Shown: positions 1 through 13,511 of the stretch, one piece after another
How the letters are laid out: every line of letters begins with the position of its first letter
Position numbering within the stretch: the first letter of the stretch is position 1
Source: Catajapyx aquilonaris
Lineage: Eukaryota
DNA length: 64,000 nucleotides
Reading direction: 5' to 3'
Assembly (NCBI GenBank): GCA_000934665.2
Contig: KZ538507.1
Span: 1 to 64,000 of the forward strand
Translations under genes and position numbers: made by a program
The notes under the pieces: model-generated
What the model was told of the DNA's origin: nothing
The model's database searches: none
Seen by the model: only the letters and a program-made list of their open reading frames with translations

Positions 1-59
1 CCCCCCCCCCCCCACCAATGGGGTGGAAAACAAGAAGTGGTGGAGAGGGGGGAAGTAGC

Positions 60-450
60 TGAAGGAAGTAGCTGAGATGGTGGGGCAAGGGACCGACTCA
101 CGTGACTACTACCGCTAGTAGGTATGGAAGTTGCAAATTCACCCATCGTGTGACTATACCGCCAGACGGAAGGGAGGTATCGAACACAGCCAATCACGTG
201 ACTACTACCGCAAGTAGGTATGGAAGTTGCAAATTCACCCATCATGTGACTACTACCGCCAGACGGAAGGGAGGTATCGAACACAGCCAATCACGTGACT
301 ACCTAATGCAAATACGAACCGCTAGATGGTGTGGGAAGGCGCGAAATCACCCCTAACGTTAATACCCACCGATAGATGGTGGGGCAATGGCGAACGGAGG
401 GGTGGACACACACACTCACAGACAAAGTGAAACTAATATAAAGCGTGTAA
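60..450. repeat. Tandem repeat, ~97-bp period made of ~48-bp subunits; possibly the internal array and 3' end of a Helitron/Helentron-type non-autonomous element
   Basis: CACGTGACTAC recurs at 99, 195 and 292 with near-identical units, followed by CACACACTCACAGACA...AACTAATATAAAG. The family assignment is inference. Confidence 0.6.
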
Positions 451-1348
451 TAATAATAATATATGAAAATGCTAGAATTTGTACCATAAGTGAACAGTCA
501 TCTCCTTAAATGATTGGCAATTAATTTTCTTGGCTGAGCCTGAATGCATTGCTTATGCTAGTTCGAGAAGACAAGTTTTGAATAATTGCACAGAGAAAGA
601 TTGAGGGGTGCTACCTGGTGTTACTAAGTCTTGGGGAAGCTTGAGTTGGACCATAATTCATTGATTGTCACGCTATGCATTTTGGGTTGGCTAAGACAGA
701 CCTACTCATCCTGTTTGTGAATAATATTGCATTCTCATGGTGCTCATGCCAGCATATTGGCATATTGTTTCTGGGACACTTTGAGTTCATTGTATTTAGG
801 GTCGGTTTCACCGAGCTTGGTATATGATAAAACCAGGGTTCTTTCGGAAAATCCCTACATATTTGTATGGATTTTCCTAAAGTGCCTGGTTTTATCGTAT
901 ACCGAGCTCGATGAAACCGGCCATTAATCTGTTTTGCTGTAGGTGCAGTCCCAGCTGAGAAAATTAAAGTGACAATCAACAAACATATCATAGCATCTCA
1001 TAAGACATGCATGGAGTTACATTAGTTTCCACTATTGAACAAGGCAGGATTTCTCAACCGGGGTTCTGTGGAACCCCAGAGTTTCACGAGCAATGGCGAG
1101 GGGTTCCATGAATAATAGTGATAATAAGTTAATTATATGTAAATGTCAGGGTGACACGGTGGTGGAGTGGTTAGAGCCGCCAAAAGAGATTCCTTGGCCT
1201 GAGATGACTTTTATTTGATTTGATATTTTTCTAGCTTGAGAATATTCCTTTAAACAATGCTGTTAAAGCTATGTGCGTGGTAGATAATAATGAAATAAAA
1301 TTTGAAAACAATTCATGCCACTAAATAATAATTAACTCCTTATGGCAG

Positions 1349-4300
1349 TGCCTGTGTACGTTGGTTGGTCACACTGGTGGTGTGTGGTCTTCTCAGATGT
1401 CAGGCAACACCATAGTGTCTGGATCAAAGGACCGAACCCTCAAGGTGTGGAATGCGGAGAGTGGGGCTTGCATACACACACTCTACGGGCACACATCAAC
1501 TGTCCGCTGCATGCATCTACATGGGCGGAAGGTCGTGAGTGGATCTAGGGATGCCACCCTACGGGTGTGGGACATTGACACAGGCGAATGCCTGCATGTT
1601 TTGGTGGGCCATGCAGCCGCTGTCCGGTGTGTGCAGTATGATGGTCGTCTAGTGGTCAGTGGAGCCTATGACTACATGGTTAAGGTGTGGAATGCAGAAA
1701 GGGAGGAGTGCCTCCACACATTGCAGGGACACAATGGTCCCATCACGTCCGTGAAGGTGAGGGAAGCAATAGTTTCATCTGTGAACTTCTATTGCATCAA
1801 CTGAAATTGAAATGAAAGAAAACTGTAGCAATTTGTGGTGAAGTGCTACTACTCTGTATGTATGCATGAGGGAACATTTTGAAACTGTCATGTTTCCATG
1901 GGCATTGTTGCAAAAATCTTAAACCGTGATTTTCATCTGAACTCTTGGTTATATCCTCATGTAATTTTTTTAATAAAATTTCCTAGAGGGTCAAACCACT
2001 ACCCTTCATGTGGAATGATCAAACTAAACTCTTTTGCACAACTTCAGTTTGGTTGTTTAGCATAATTCCTCGAGCAGCCTACAATAGAGCTTATTGATTG
2101 AAACATGACTACATTAATGACTGTTAATTTGTCAACATTATACATTTAGATCTTCAATGCATAGCATTGTTCTTTAGATATTGTGTGAAGGTGCAATTCA
2201 GAGAATGTGGGTAATTTTTATCATGCAGCTTAATTTTTATGCAGTTTGATGGAGTCCATGTGGTGAGTAGTTCTACGGACATGAGCATCCGAGTGTGGGA
2301 CGTAGAGAGTGGAGTCTCCAGGCACACAATAAGGAGCCACCAATCTCTCACTTCTGGGATGGAGCTGAGGGACAACATACTCGTCTCGGGGAATGCAGAC
2401 TCTACTGTTAAAGTCTGGGACATCACTACAGGACAGTGCTTGCAGACACTTTCAGGTCCTTTGAATATTAAATGCTTATGCAATGAGATTTTCCTTCTGC
2501 TAATGACTGTTTTTGTTTCCAGGCCCTAACAAGCACCAATCTGCTGTGACATGTTTACAGTTCAACAATAAGTTTGTTATTACTTCGTCAGATGATGGAA
2601 CCGTCAAGTTGTGGGATGTCAAGACAGGTGGGTGCCCTTACTCTTGTGTATCTACTATGACTCTGAAAATGTTTGTAAAGAATATTTATATGAGCCGCAA
2701 GGTGTTTCTACTTGCTGATAGAACATGCTATAGTCTAATCACTAATGATGGAATTCAGAGAGGTTGTTTAAATGCACTGTCTAAAGTCATTTTTGTCATC
2801 ACCAGCAATATGTAACTTTAAATGCCCCCTGATTCGAGGATGGTGTACTGCTTAAATGTACAGTAGGGCTACCTATATGCAGATTGTTCAGTCATCCAAT
2901 CTGTGCATTGATTTCTGCCATATGACTGGTATCACTGTGATTTTGGACCTGATGTACCTGTGAAATATGCAGTTGCCAGAATGCGGGTTTGGAGTGGTTT
3001 ATCCTGAATCCAGGTCGGTTTGGGTGTTTTCTGCACGAAAGTGTAGCCTACACTAGTTTCTCGAAGTGGCTAACCCTTCTGGATTTCCTGATTTGCGTCG
3101 AAAGTTGTCGTTATTGCACTAATCCGATAAGAGGTGTGAATTGTAGGTCCGATAAATTAAGAGAACCATGCATTGGCATTATGGGTACTGTACAGTGTAA
3201 AGGTATTGCAGGATGGGAAAAAGCAAAATATAAGGGTCATTCAGATGAAAACGAGCCACAGTCATAATTATAGCAAATTTCCAGATGGGTTTGTCACGAC
3301 ATCTTACACACAAAACGAACTGAAGGCCGTGGGACTAGGGATGGTGATTTTTGGAAAAGTAATGAAGCCATCTGGTAGAGGACATTCCAAGTTTTCACCA
3401 GACATACAGTTTATGTGATTATCTTGCATATTATTGAAATTATTGCCTAGGATGCAAAACTTTTAAAACCGACCACGTACATGCCAATAACAACATGCCA
3501 GTTCTTTTCCTCCCTGACTCCTGCCTCAGAAATTATTATCATGTTCAGAATTGACAATGTCTGTGTGTCCAGGATGGTGTCATGTGAGAGTGGAAGTAAT
3601 AGTCCCAGGTGGTAGTGGCATAAGCCCAGGGTTTGGGTGAGGTTGTGTCAGGCTGGGTTTTCTTCAGGTTGGTGGAGAGTGGCCAGGGACTGCCTGGGGT
3701 TTGGTGGCGGCCCAGGGGCCACTTTGGATGTGCATTGTCGTTGGGAGGGATTTTCGCCACTGGTCACAATTCACATTGTGTGCATGAAAATCGCATGAAA
3801 AATTAGTTCTGACTGTGGTCTTATAGTTCTGATGCAACATGATTGATTTTCAAAAGGAGTGGGCATCCCTACACGATGTAACACTCACAACAACCCACTG
3901 CTCCGGATTGGCGTAGGCAGTGGGGTGATTGCTATCCAAACTGAAGAGAAACCCCCCTCTGGGTCATTCCGCGTCAGTTCAGTACGATATTAGCCCTTGG
4001 TATCTCGAATTTCGTTCAGACTTTTTTAAATGGAAGTACTCCACCCCAAACAAATGTGGCCCAGGCCATTCACCCGAAAAAGAATTTAACAACGGAACTA
4101 TACGAGTGACGAAAGATTGTCGATTTTTATGTAATATCTTTAAGAATTTACGGTAAATTTTAAACTTTAAATTTACTTTTCCAAAAACGGTATATTTATT
4201 TTTCCTTTTTCCCTTACATAAATATATAGTCTTTTGTGTTAATTATCCCGTTAAAATGTTGATGGGCAATTCATAGTTGGTCCAGATAAAAAATTTCGAA

Positions 4301-7300
4301 ATTGAAGGTACAGTACCGCTCATAAAGAATGGTACGACTCTATGGACAAAATGTTTATTTTGTTCCCAACCCCTGGGTCACCAGCATGTTTTTAGGGGTC
4401 ATGAGGAAGGCTGGGAAAAGGCAATTAAAATCAAGAAAAAAAGAGAAGAAAAAAACAAGGCAAAGTAAGAAAATTTAAGGGGGGAAATTCATCTCAAATC
4501 TATGTAAGCATTATACCAGGTTGAACATTTTGGTAATAAAAATTTTCGGAAAAAGTCGGGAGGGGCGGGGTCATATGGGTCGCCAGAGATCTAGGACAAG
4601 TTGTCCATAGTGTCACGATGAAATCAGGTTGGGAATAATGCTGGATAGTCAGAATAAACACGTCGTCCATAGAGTCGTACCATTCTTTATGAGAGGGACG
4701 CTGTACACAGCTCCGGCATTTCTCGCCAGAGTCTTGAATGAACATTCATTGGGTTTTTTTGGCCCAGTAAACAGGTTTAACTCATGATGCAAGTTTGGTG
4801 ACTAATTTTTTTAAACATTACAAATTCTGAACCAATGAGTACTTTAGTCATTAAATAATTTTCCAATGATTTTGTCAATTATTATGATTACCATTACTGA
4901 CCTTCCCTCTTTGTTCCACTACTGCGCAGTCCAGAGGTGGATGGGGCGGAAATGCCTCGGTGTGATGATCTACAAGAAGAGTGGCGTTTTCATAGAAATA
5001 TTAATCGCAAATTACTGTATTAATGTTTCATTTTATTAAAGTCTTACATATTGTAACGTAATGTAATGATAACACTATGCAACAAAATTTGACTTTTTTT
5101 TTGTCCATGGAAATTCATCGTCATGTTCGTGTTCCTTACTTAGGTCACAAGTAACTCATAATGGGCATTCATTTTGCCGTTCATTTGGTTTTGACTTCGC
5201 GGCAGTCAAAAAACCAAAGTCCTCAAAATAATATAGCAGTTTTTTCCCAATCAAGTGGGCCTAAATGTTGTTAAACCATCTCTGATTTTTTTGAAAATAA
5301 TCGCAGCTGTACACACCTATGCCATAACACTCCATATCAAGTTTCAGCCAAATTGCGAAATACCGTGGGGAGTGAAAAAATCGCGACATTTTGAAAATGG
5401 GGCCTTGTTTGGATAATTTCTTTCGGTTATTGGAAGTGGACAAAATCCAATCAACATATACACATCAAATGAAAGAGAAACGCGAGGAGAATGCGCCTAT
5501 GGAATTTGATTTTCTCGAAAATGCACTGAGAACAACATGTATAGCATTCCATGAAACATTAATACAGTAATTTGCGATTAATATTTTCTATGAAAATGCC
5601 ACTCTTCTTGTAAATCATCACACCGAGGCATTTCCACCCCATCCACCTCTGGACTGCGCAGTAGAGGAATAAAGAGGAAAGCTCAGTAATGGTAATCATA
5701 ATAATTGACAAAATGCTGTGTACCTTCAATTTCGATAATTTTTATCTCGACCAATTATGAATTGTCCATTGACATTTTTACGGGATAATTAACACAAAGG
5801 GCTATATATTTATGTAAGGGAAAAAGTAAAAATAAATACTGTAAAAATAAGGTTTTTGGAAAAGTAAATTTAAAGTTTAAATTTTACCATAAATTTATAA
5901 AGGTATTACATAAATGGAGGAGCTTGCCAGCAAATCCAGATAAATCCACAATTTGCAATTTTTTAGGAGGAGCCAATAAGTGATTCCTCAATTCTGGTGG
6001 CAAAAGTGAGATTGAAGTTGTCATGTGCAGTATGTTATAGGGGTTGCCATTATGTAGATACAATTGTTTTACTTCAATGTATGGTGATTGTGGAGGTAGG
6101 GCATTGTTAAAAATGGATACATCTGATTTTGCATGAAAATCAGCTATATGTGAATTAAGAATAATCCGCTTTTGCTTGGAAACTAGATGTGCAGTATACT
6201 ATCGGGGTTGCCATTATGATTGCAGAAACAATTGTATATATCCATCTTTTAACAATGCCCCACCTCAAGAATCACCATATATTGGTATGGTGATTGTTGA
6301 GGCATGGCACCGCCAAAAATGGACATATATCTGATTTTGCATTAAAATTATGGCATTAGCTTTATGTGCATTGATTTATATGCTTTTGCTTGAAAGGGCA
6401 ATTTTCCCACGGCTTGCATTCGGTGTAAATGTCTGGTTTCACTTGCAACTTCATGTCAATAGAAAGGCATTGGGTGGAGCATGCCTCCAGCATATCCAGA
6501 TTATTTTCGACCTGGAGTGGATTTATCTGGATTTGCTGGCAAGCTCCTTATATTTGGTGGCCTTACATCTATTCCGAGCACATCTCCAATTCCCTATGTA
6601 TCCCTATGTATGAAATTCCTATGTATGATACATCTCTCTACGATTGATATTAAGGGAGATATCATCACTTTTCGGATACTGCACAGAGCGAAAATCCACA
6701 AAATCGAAAATCTTTTGTCGCCCGCAGTTCCATTGTTTAATTTTTTCGGGTGAATGGCCTGGGCCACATTTGTTTTGGGTGGAGTACTTCCATTTTAAAC
6801 AGTCGGTACGAAATTCGATATAGCAAGGGCTAATATGGTGCCAAACTTACATGGAATGACCCCTCTATGATAACAGGGGACCTCTACATTCACATAAATA
6901 GAATCCCATCAGACACTGCAAAACACCTCTGCACTCACAAAACAGAAATATGTGAGTTATGCCTGTTACGATGGGCATTGATTACTAGTAAAGTAGAAAA
7001 TAGGAGTCCTTCCTAAAGGGATTTTAAAAAGAAGCCGAGCATGGAATAGGCATTTTTAAAAATTTATTTTTTACGTTACCCCGTGATAAGGCGGAGCCTT
7101 TTTAGGAGGGTGGAATACCACCATTTAATTCCATTTTTCTAGATTTTAACTTCAGTCTCCGGTGCAAGGAGTCAAGGATGTAGGGTAGGGGTAGGGATTT
7201 TTGGGGAGGGAACATAGGTGCAAGTGCAAGGTCTGTAAAGGGGTCATGGTCTGTTCCCCAGGAGGTTAGGTTGCCAGACACCTCCAAGGTGCAGGTCAGA

Positions 7301-7622
7301 GACCCTCCTGATGCAGGTGAAAGGAAAGGAATATGCAATTTATTATTGTTATTGGTGCATTTAGGTATAACCACAATGTCCCCTGTTGGATCCTTTCATA
7401 AGGAAGGAATTGACAATCATGTACTGGTATTTATTTGTTGTAATGAAGATATTTTTGCACTTTTCAGGGGAGTTTATCCGCAACCTAGTTGCCCTGGGCA
7501 GCAGGGGTATTGGAGGAGTTGTGTGGCGCATATGTTCTAATAGGACAAAATTGGTCTGTGCAGTTGGAAGCCGTAATGGCACGGAAAGGACCAAGCTGCT
7601 TGTTCATGACTTCAGTGTCTAG
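1349..7622 (+). CDS. FBXW7: FBXW7/Archipelago-like F-box WD40 protein, 3' part. Exons 1349-1756, 2245-2455, 2523-2627, 7468-7622 (stop TAG); 5' exons are outside the window
   Basis: Spliced translation [17 protein letters not shown]...TSTVRCMHL...[12 protein letters not shown]...[10 protein letters not shown]...[14 protein letters not shown]...GEFIRNLV...GGVVWRI...[13 protein letters not shown] matches the FBXW7 WD40 propeller. All junctions are GT-AG with consistent phases (0,1,1). Confidence 0.93.
3961..6862. mobile_element. Large non-autonomous fold-back DNA transposon with 4-bp TSD (Sola2-like termini), in the last FBXW7 intron
   Basis: Termini GGGTCATTCC/GGAATGACCC flanked by CTCT on both sides. 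Inverted arms 3961-4085/6740-6862, ~4125-4312/5717-5912 and ~4870-5040/5552-5712. Confidence 0.75.
5915..6550. mobile_element. Inverted-repeat element inserted in the right arm of the fold-back
   Basis: GGAGCTTGCCAGCAAATCCAGATAAATCCAC (~5919) is inverted at ~6517-6547; internal direct and inverted duplications at 6040-6350. Confidence 0.55.
7102..7330 (-). mobile_element. 5'-truncated SINE, family A
   Basis: Similar to 26315-26616 (same strand) and 55853-56125 (opposite strand). Confidence 0.7.
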
Positions 7623-9686
7623 CTTCCCCATGATAAAATGGAGCAGGACAGATATAAGGCATTGTTGTTGATAAGGAGGAGTTGGGCATTTTTGTTGAAT
7701 GGCTTATTTGGAGGGGGNNNGGGGGGGGATATAGCCCTGGAAATGTTTTGGCTCCCACATTTAAGAATCTCAATGTTAATAATTTTCTGTTATGTATATA
7801 AATGAAGAACAGTTTCAGTGAGACCGGATAAAGTGCTGAAATTAGGATCCTTCTTATCAATCAGCATCTAACTATAAGCATTCCACATTGACAGAACTGT
7901 TTGAAATTTTATATGTTCAGTCTTCAGTGTAATTTTGTTTATTCTTTGTTCTAAATAATACTCCATAATAATCTTTATTTTACATTCATGCATTTGTCCT
8001 TCTTGCTCCTAGAAGACTAATGACATGATGCATTTGGTTACACCTGCAAATGAAGTGGGGGTTTTAATGTGCACATTTGTGAGATTTGTTGACTGAGTGG
8101 AAAGAAGCCAACATTTTTGACAACTGCAGCACAATTTCTTCACATTGGTGTTGGTTTTTCAGTGACGATAAATTTTTGCCTTGCTGTGTAATGTATGTAT
8201 TGACAGCTTGAAAAATGATGCTGCTCTGTCAAGCAACTGTGTCAACAGAGAGAAATCCTATATTCCACTCATCTTGGTCATTTTTAAATGATCATCTCAA
8301 AGACGCAAGTGTGACGTTTCCAAAGCACACATGTTAGAAACAATATATTTTTAATGAACCTCTTATGCCATAACACAGCAAAGAGAGAAACTAGAGATGA
8401 TTAGTTTCAAGTCAGTGGGAAAAAGAAACTGAAGTGGGCCAAAATTTACCAGGGCAAGTAATTTTGTTCCCTGAATGTTTTAGCTTCCTTGGGTTGTCCT
8501 TTCTCATGTCATGCCCAATTTTGTGCACCAGGACCCAGATGTTTTAGCCAGTAATATTTTTTCCCCAGCTTATGTTAATTGTTGCATGAGAATGGAGAGA
8601 AATGAGTGCCAGTGTTGAAAAGAGGCTTCATATTTTATTTAGTTGGAAGCAATTCCATTGTTGATTTTCTCTGGGAAGGATTTCAGGCTGGTTGTGGTTG
8701 CATTTTTTAAGGTGATGTTATCAATGTTTTATGTAAAAATTAACATATTGTTGCATTCACAACTTCCCCATGATTTGGTATTTTAAAAGACCATTGTAAG
8801 TGGGAAAACTTGTTGAGTCAGTGCAGATGGAAACAAACATTGCCCAGTTGCCAAACTTCAGTTCTCATTGTTGCACTGTTTTACAGTGCGATGAATTAAT
8901 TTATTATTGTGCTAATTGATTGTTCCAAGGAGAAACTCACTTCAGGTGAAGTAGAACAACTACCCAAGTGGGTTGAGACGTCAAATGTAATGCAAGGACT
9001 CTAGGGACTGCATCATACCTGTGACGTACATGTCAAGAGTTAAAATATAAATATATAATTATGTATATTTGTAAAAAACAAAGGAAACAACAAGAAAAAG
9101 ACTGTTGCTTTGATAGGAGATATATTTCTTTCTACTTAAGTTTTTTCCCATTTGGTAAATATGATCAGCAATTTGTTACAAGCTCTTCTTACTTCACCTT
9201 TTTAAAGAAGGAGTGGATTGAGTAATGACTTGGTAATGAGCACCTTGATTTTGAAACCAAACCATTCGGAAAGCAAGATTATAATTGTTTGCCATTATTA
9301 AAACTGATGAATAATGAGTCATTCCACCATAGGCAAGTGTTGTATCTCGTGACATGGTTTGTTTTTAAAATCAATGCATTTATTACTTTCAGGGATCTCA
9401 ATGCATGATCCTATGCTCCTGAGTGACTTGGACTTCCATAATTTTTGGGGGTATGTGCCAAACAAGCACTGTTTGTTGCTCAAATTAGTGGAAGTAAAAC
9501 GTGACCTTTTATTTCATTGTATTACATTGATCCTGAAGAATTCTACAGGAAATTAAACATTTGTAACAAGTTCTTTTCCTGTGTTTATTCATCACCTGTG
9601 TGATTTTCCTCCGTTCTTAGTAATTTCGGAGCATTTTCGAAATACTGTGTTTTTTAAAAAACAATATTTGATACTAACTTGATTCG

Positions 9687-10045
9687 GGAGGTGGAGTGGC
9701 GATGTGGTAACATATGCGCCCTCGGATGTAAGGGTCCCGGGTTCAATCCCAAGCCTGGGCTTTCCCCCCTTCATCTCGTGCAGAGTTGGGTCATCTCTGG
9801 CTTCGTCTCGGGTGGAATTTCTGATAGGCTAATCCACCTGGGGGAGTTCACAAAATGTACCGTTTGAGACATTATATACTTGCACTTTGCACACCCCCTC
9901 CCAGTCACCTAACTGCCTGGGCCTGGGCGCTTCGTAAAAGGTTCCAAAAATGTACAAGGACATAATACCATCCCCCCCTTAAGCCCAAAAGGGCAACTTG
10001 GGGTAAACAAACAAATAAATAAATGACTAAATAAAGAAATAAATA
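9687..10045 (+). mobile_element. tRNA-derived SINE (separate family)
   Basis: A-box-like GTGGCGATGTGG, B-box GGTTCAATCCC, (AAAT)n tail. Confidence 0.7.
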
Positions 10046-10559
10046 CTAACATGAATTTCTGAAATCGCTTTCATCACAAGTTGCACGAGTATGATTTTTT
10101 CTCGTAGCAGGCAAAATACTATACACAAGTCCAAGGAAAAGACTCGCCTGAATAATTGAAGTATAGTAAAATCCTGATTATCCGACTCCTCAGTTTATCT
10201 GGCCGTCCCGCTCCAGCAATAAATATATTTTTTTTTTCATGAAATACTGTAATTTTTTCTTCTTACCCCTTAATAGCCGATTACAGGCTTGTCGGGGGAC
10301 ATTCCCCCAGCAACAGATGTACAGTACTACCTACATTTTAATTGCATACACTAGGAAATAATCAGCATGTACAAATTATTCACACAGATCCAAAATCCTC
10401 AGCAGCCCATTAAAGAAAAGCAAAAGGGCATATGCTTTATCCTTAGTTAATTAGATGCGTCAAAAGCCAGTAAAGCCTGTCCGGTGGGACTTGGGGAAAC
10501 TCCTGTAAGTACTACGTCAGACTTACAAGGGAAGTGTAAGTGTTGTCCGTGGAGCCTGC

Positions 10560-11950
10560 TTTACTTTCAGGTTAAAAAGATCACACGTGCTTAGGCTATA
10601 TAGCTACTTTCAACTCCTCCACCTTGAGTTTGTAGAATGCATTAGGGATTCCATCTGGTCCAGCTGCAGACTTTGGCTTCAGCCTGGGAAGCACCCTATC
10701 AAAATCCGACTCTACTATAAGTTAGTGACCGATCCAGTCTGTTAGATGAGCCATTTTTTAACCGGAGCATCACACTTCTCGGTTGCTCTGCCCTGTAAAC
10801 TATAGTACCCAATCCTCTTGCTCTGGGCATTCCTTTGCCAGTCCGGACTTGTGCGAGTTGATCAGCCTCCAGAAATATATCGCAGATCCAGCCCTAAGGG
10901 TATCCTGCAATGGTCGAATACGTTCGCTTTTTTGCTTTCTTGTGCTGCCTAAAAATTTTACTCTTTACCACATAATCTGTCCTAGCTGCATCTGTGTATT
11001 CCTTTTTTTCCACTCAGATAACGATGACTTATGCTTATAAGGGGCGTTCAGACGAGTCAATCTGGTTGCACAACCCGGTTTGCAACCTGAAGAAGTTGCA
11101 GCAACCCAAAAAATGCTTCAACTAGCTCTGCAACCGGAGGCTGCAACCAAAAAGCTCCCGAGAGTATACCCCCNCCTCCATACGCGCATTTGCGTCACCA
11201 AAAAAAAAATAACTGGTTGTTCTGGTTCCCGGTTAATGCCTGATTCTTCCTGGAGTTCCCTTAACACATTCCATGACACTTACCACCCACTCACTTTCTC
11301 CGTCCCCTTCACCGTTGGCCTCCCCCGTACTCGCATTCCCTCAATTGCCTATGATCACTTCCGCTCTGGGTACCTTTACTGACCTCTTGTCCCAGTTTCG
11401 GCTGCGGCAGACGTACGAAACGCCCTCCTCTTCATCCTCATCCACCTCCAGTTCATCCTCCTCTATCGATCCTGACCACTCCGGCACGTAGCGGCGGTCC
11501 CCCATACGTATCTGCTTCTGATCTCTTTGCTGAAAGAACTTCTTTTTCGGGTCAGCAATTTCACCTGCTTGCCTGATGTAGCTCCTGCTGGACGGGGCAC
11601 CTCTCCAAAGAAGATCACATTGTTGCTGCGCTCACAATTCTCCAGTCGTCTATCTTGGACATCAGCACGGATCTGCATCTCTTGTATTATATTCGCCTGT
11701 TTACTTCATACACCTGCGTCTCGAACCCGCCCCCTTGACCTGCTCTTATGGCTTCCAGGATTGCCGTCCACGTGGTGTCTGTTATAACAGTGTCCATAAC
11801 ATGGACCGTATGCTCCAACCTTTTCGCAAAGCTGTCCGCCAGGTCCATCTTCAGCACGTCCAACAGCGCCTTGACTTCCTCCTTTGTAGCCATTTTACGG
11901 AAATCAAGCGTACCCCGTACTGAAGCCATCAGGTCAAGACAGGGGGAAAA
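10560..11950 (-). mobile_element. Degenerate non-LTR retrotransposon fragment (ORF1 plus part of ORF2)
   Basis: ORF1-type RLENCERSNNVIFFG at ~11600; pre-RT motif KPKSAAGPDGIPNAF at ~10640-10685. Confidence 0.7.
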
Positions 11951-12116
11951 AGGGGGGGGCGGTAAGGAATGCAAACCAGCCTTGGAGCCCCTAGCCAGCA
12001 CGACCGGCCTTCTCCGCTGGTGGGTGGGAAGTGGAAATACTGTAATGTTATGCATTTGTTTATTCTGACGTAGTTATAAATTATTGTAAATGCAGTACAG
12101 TAGAGTGTGTGTATAA

Positions 12117-12472
12117 CCGGGGTTCCCAACCAGGGGTACCCGTAACCCCAGGGGGTGCGAGGTGGCCCCCTGGGGGTACGGAGCTAAGTACCCCTGAGTC
12201 CAAATCGAGCAATTTTGGACATATCATATCCCATAAGTGGCTTGCACAAAGGAAAATATAGCTGGATTACAATCGAAAAAAATGACTTATAATTTTCTTT
12301 CTCTTCATCATATTCCTGGTCCCAAAATATTGATTATAAGGTAGTTATCACAGATTAGTTAAATGCGGTTAAATGTCAAGGATTAGGTAAATCTGTCATC
12401 CTAGTAGGGGGTATGAGAAGGACCAACTGCTCTCAAAGGGGTGTGAAGGCCCGAAAAGGTTGGGAACCACTG
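12117..12472. mobile_element. hAT-type MITE
   Basis: TIRs CCGGGGTTCCCAACC/GGTTGGGAACCACTG; 8-bp TSD GTGTATAA/GTGTAAAA. Confidence 0.8.
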
Positions 12473-13511
12473 GTGTAAAAGATAAATGCTTCACTATTTC
12501 TTTAAAGAACGATAATATTGTACGTTATTTCATGTTTCTTTGTTGCGTTTTATTAAAGTTTTTTACTACTCGGATTATCCAACCTTTTCGGTTATTTGAC
12601 GATGCCCCAGTCCCGTTGGTGACGGATAATAGGGGTTCGACTGTACTTTACTGAGGGTAGCTGTATGGAAGGATGCTATGTGTGTCCCCCTGTCTTGTCA
12701 CCATCTATACTTCTGCAGGAAATTTATTAAACTGTCAATTCAAGCACCCGTTATATTTTGGTGACACTTTGCTTCATCTTGATCTGGCTGCTTGAGAACC
12801 CTGCAAGCAATCTGGCCAACCTGGTGTGACAGATGTCAAGGAAAACTCCCCTGAGATGGTGTTCACAGCAGCACTCATTTTCTTTCTCTTCCTGCCTGCG
12901 ACCCTCTCATATATGAGTCCATCTTGAGTCCATCGTTGAGGAGGCTCTGTCGCCTCTGTTCTAGCATCCTATATTACATATTTTGGCCTTGAGAATCTCA
13001 AAGAGGTCATCCTTGGAGAGGCATAATACAATGGAGCAATACATGCTGCTTACATCGCCTGTCAAATGGTTGTTGCCCATTATGTTCAGGCTGCTCACTT
13101 GTGATGTGATTTTGCTCCATTGCTGGATGCTGGAGAGACGTGTATAGTAACTTCTTCCCGAAAGTTTTTGTTCTGAATACAGAAAGTGGGATGGGGCAGT
13201 TGGGGGTAAAGGGAACGGAGCTCTCCGGAAGTCCTCTCCAAGAAGCCAAGGTGATAGTATTTGTGGGGAGAGGATGGAAAAGAGGGGGGTGGGTGGAAGG
13301 GTAAAAGGAGGGAACTGGTGAGACACTTGGTGCAAAACCTCTGATTAGGAATGATAATATCAGGCTACCAAGATATTCTGTACCGCAACTGATCTCACAG
13401 TCAGTATAATGTCACCAATGCGCGATGTAATGGAAAAAGGTACGCTACTGTTCATAACAATCAGGACACTTTCAAGGAGTAGAGCTGACTTTGAAGTTTG
13501 CAGGATGTTCT

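Larger units (their letters stand above)
10163..12644. mobile_element. pogo/Tigger-type MITE ends enclosing nested LINE and hAT insertions
   Basis: TATAGTAAAATCCTGATTATCCG at the left and CGGATAATAGGGGTTCGACTGTA at the right are imperfect TIRs with TA. Confidence 0.5.

Noticed and set aside
99..300. CRISPR-like repeat array
   Set aside because: The units are contiguous tandem repeats without unique spacers, the context is eukaryotic and there are no cas genes
9687..9760. tRNA gene (also 26545-26616 and 59390-59465)
   Set aside because: Degenerate cloverleaf followed by a shared body and simple-repeat tail, so these are SINE heads
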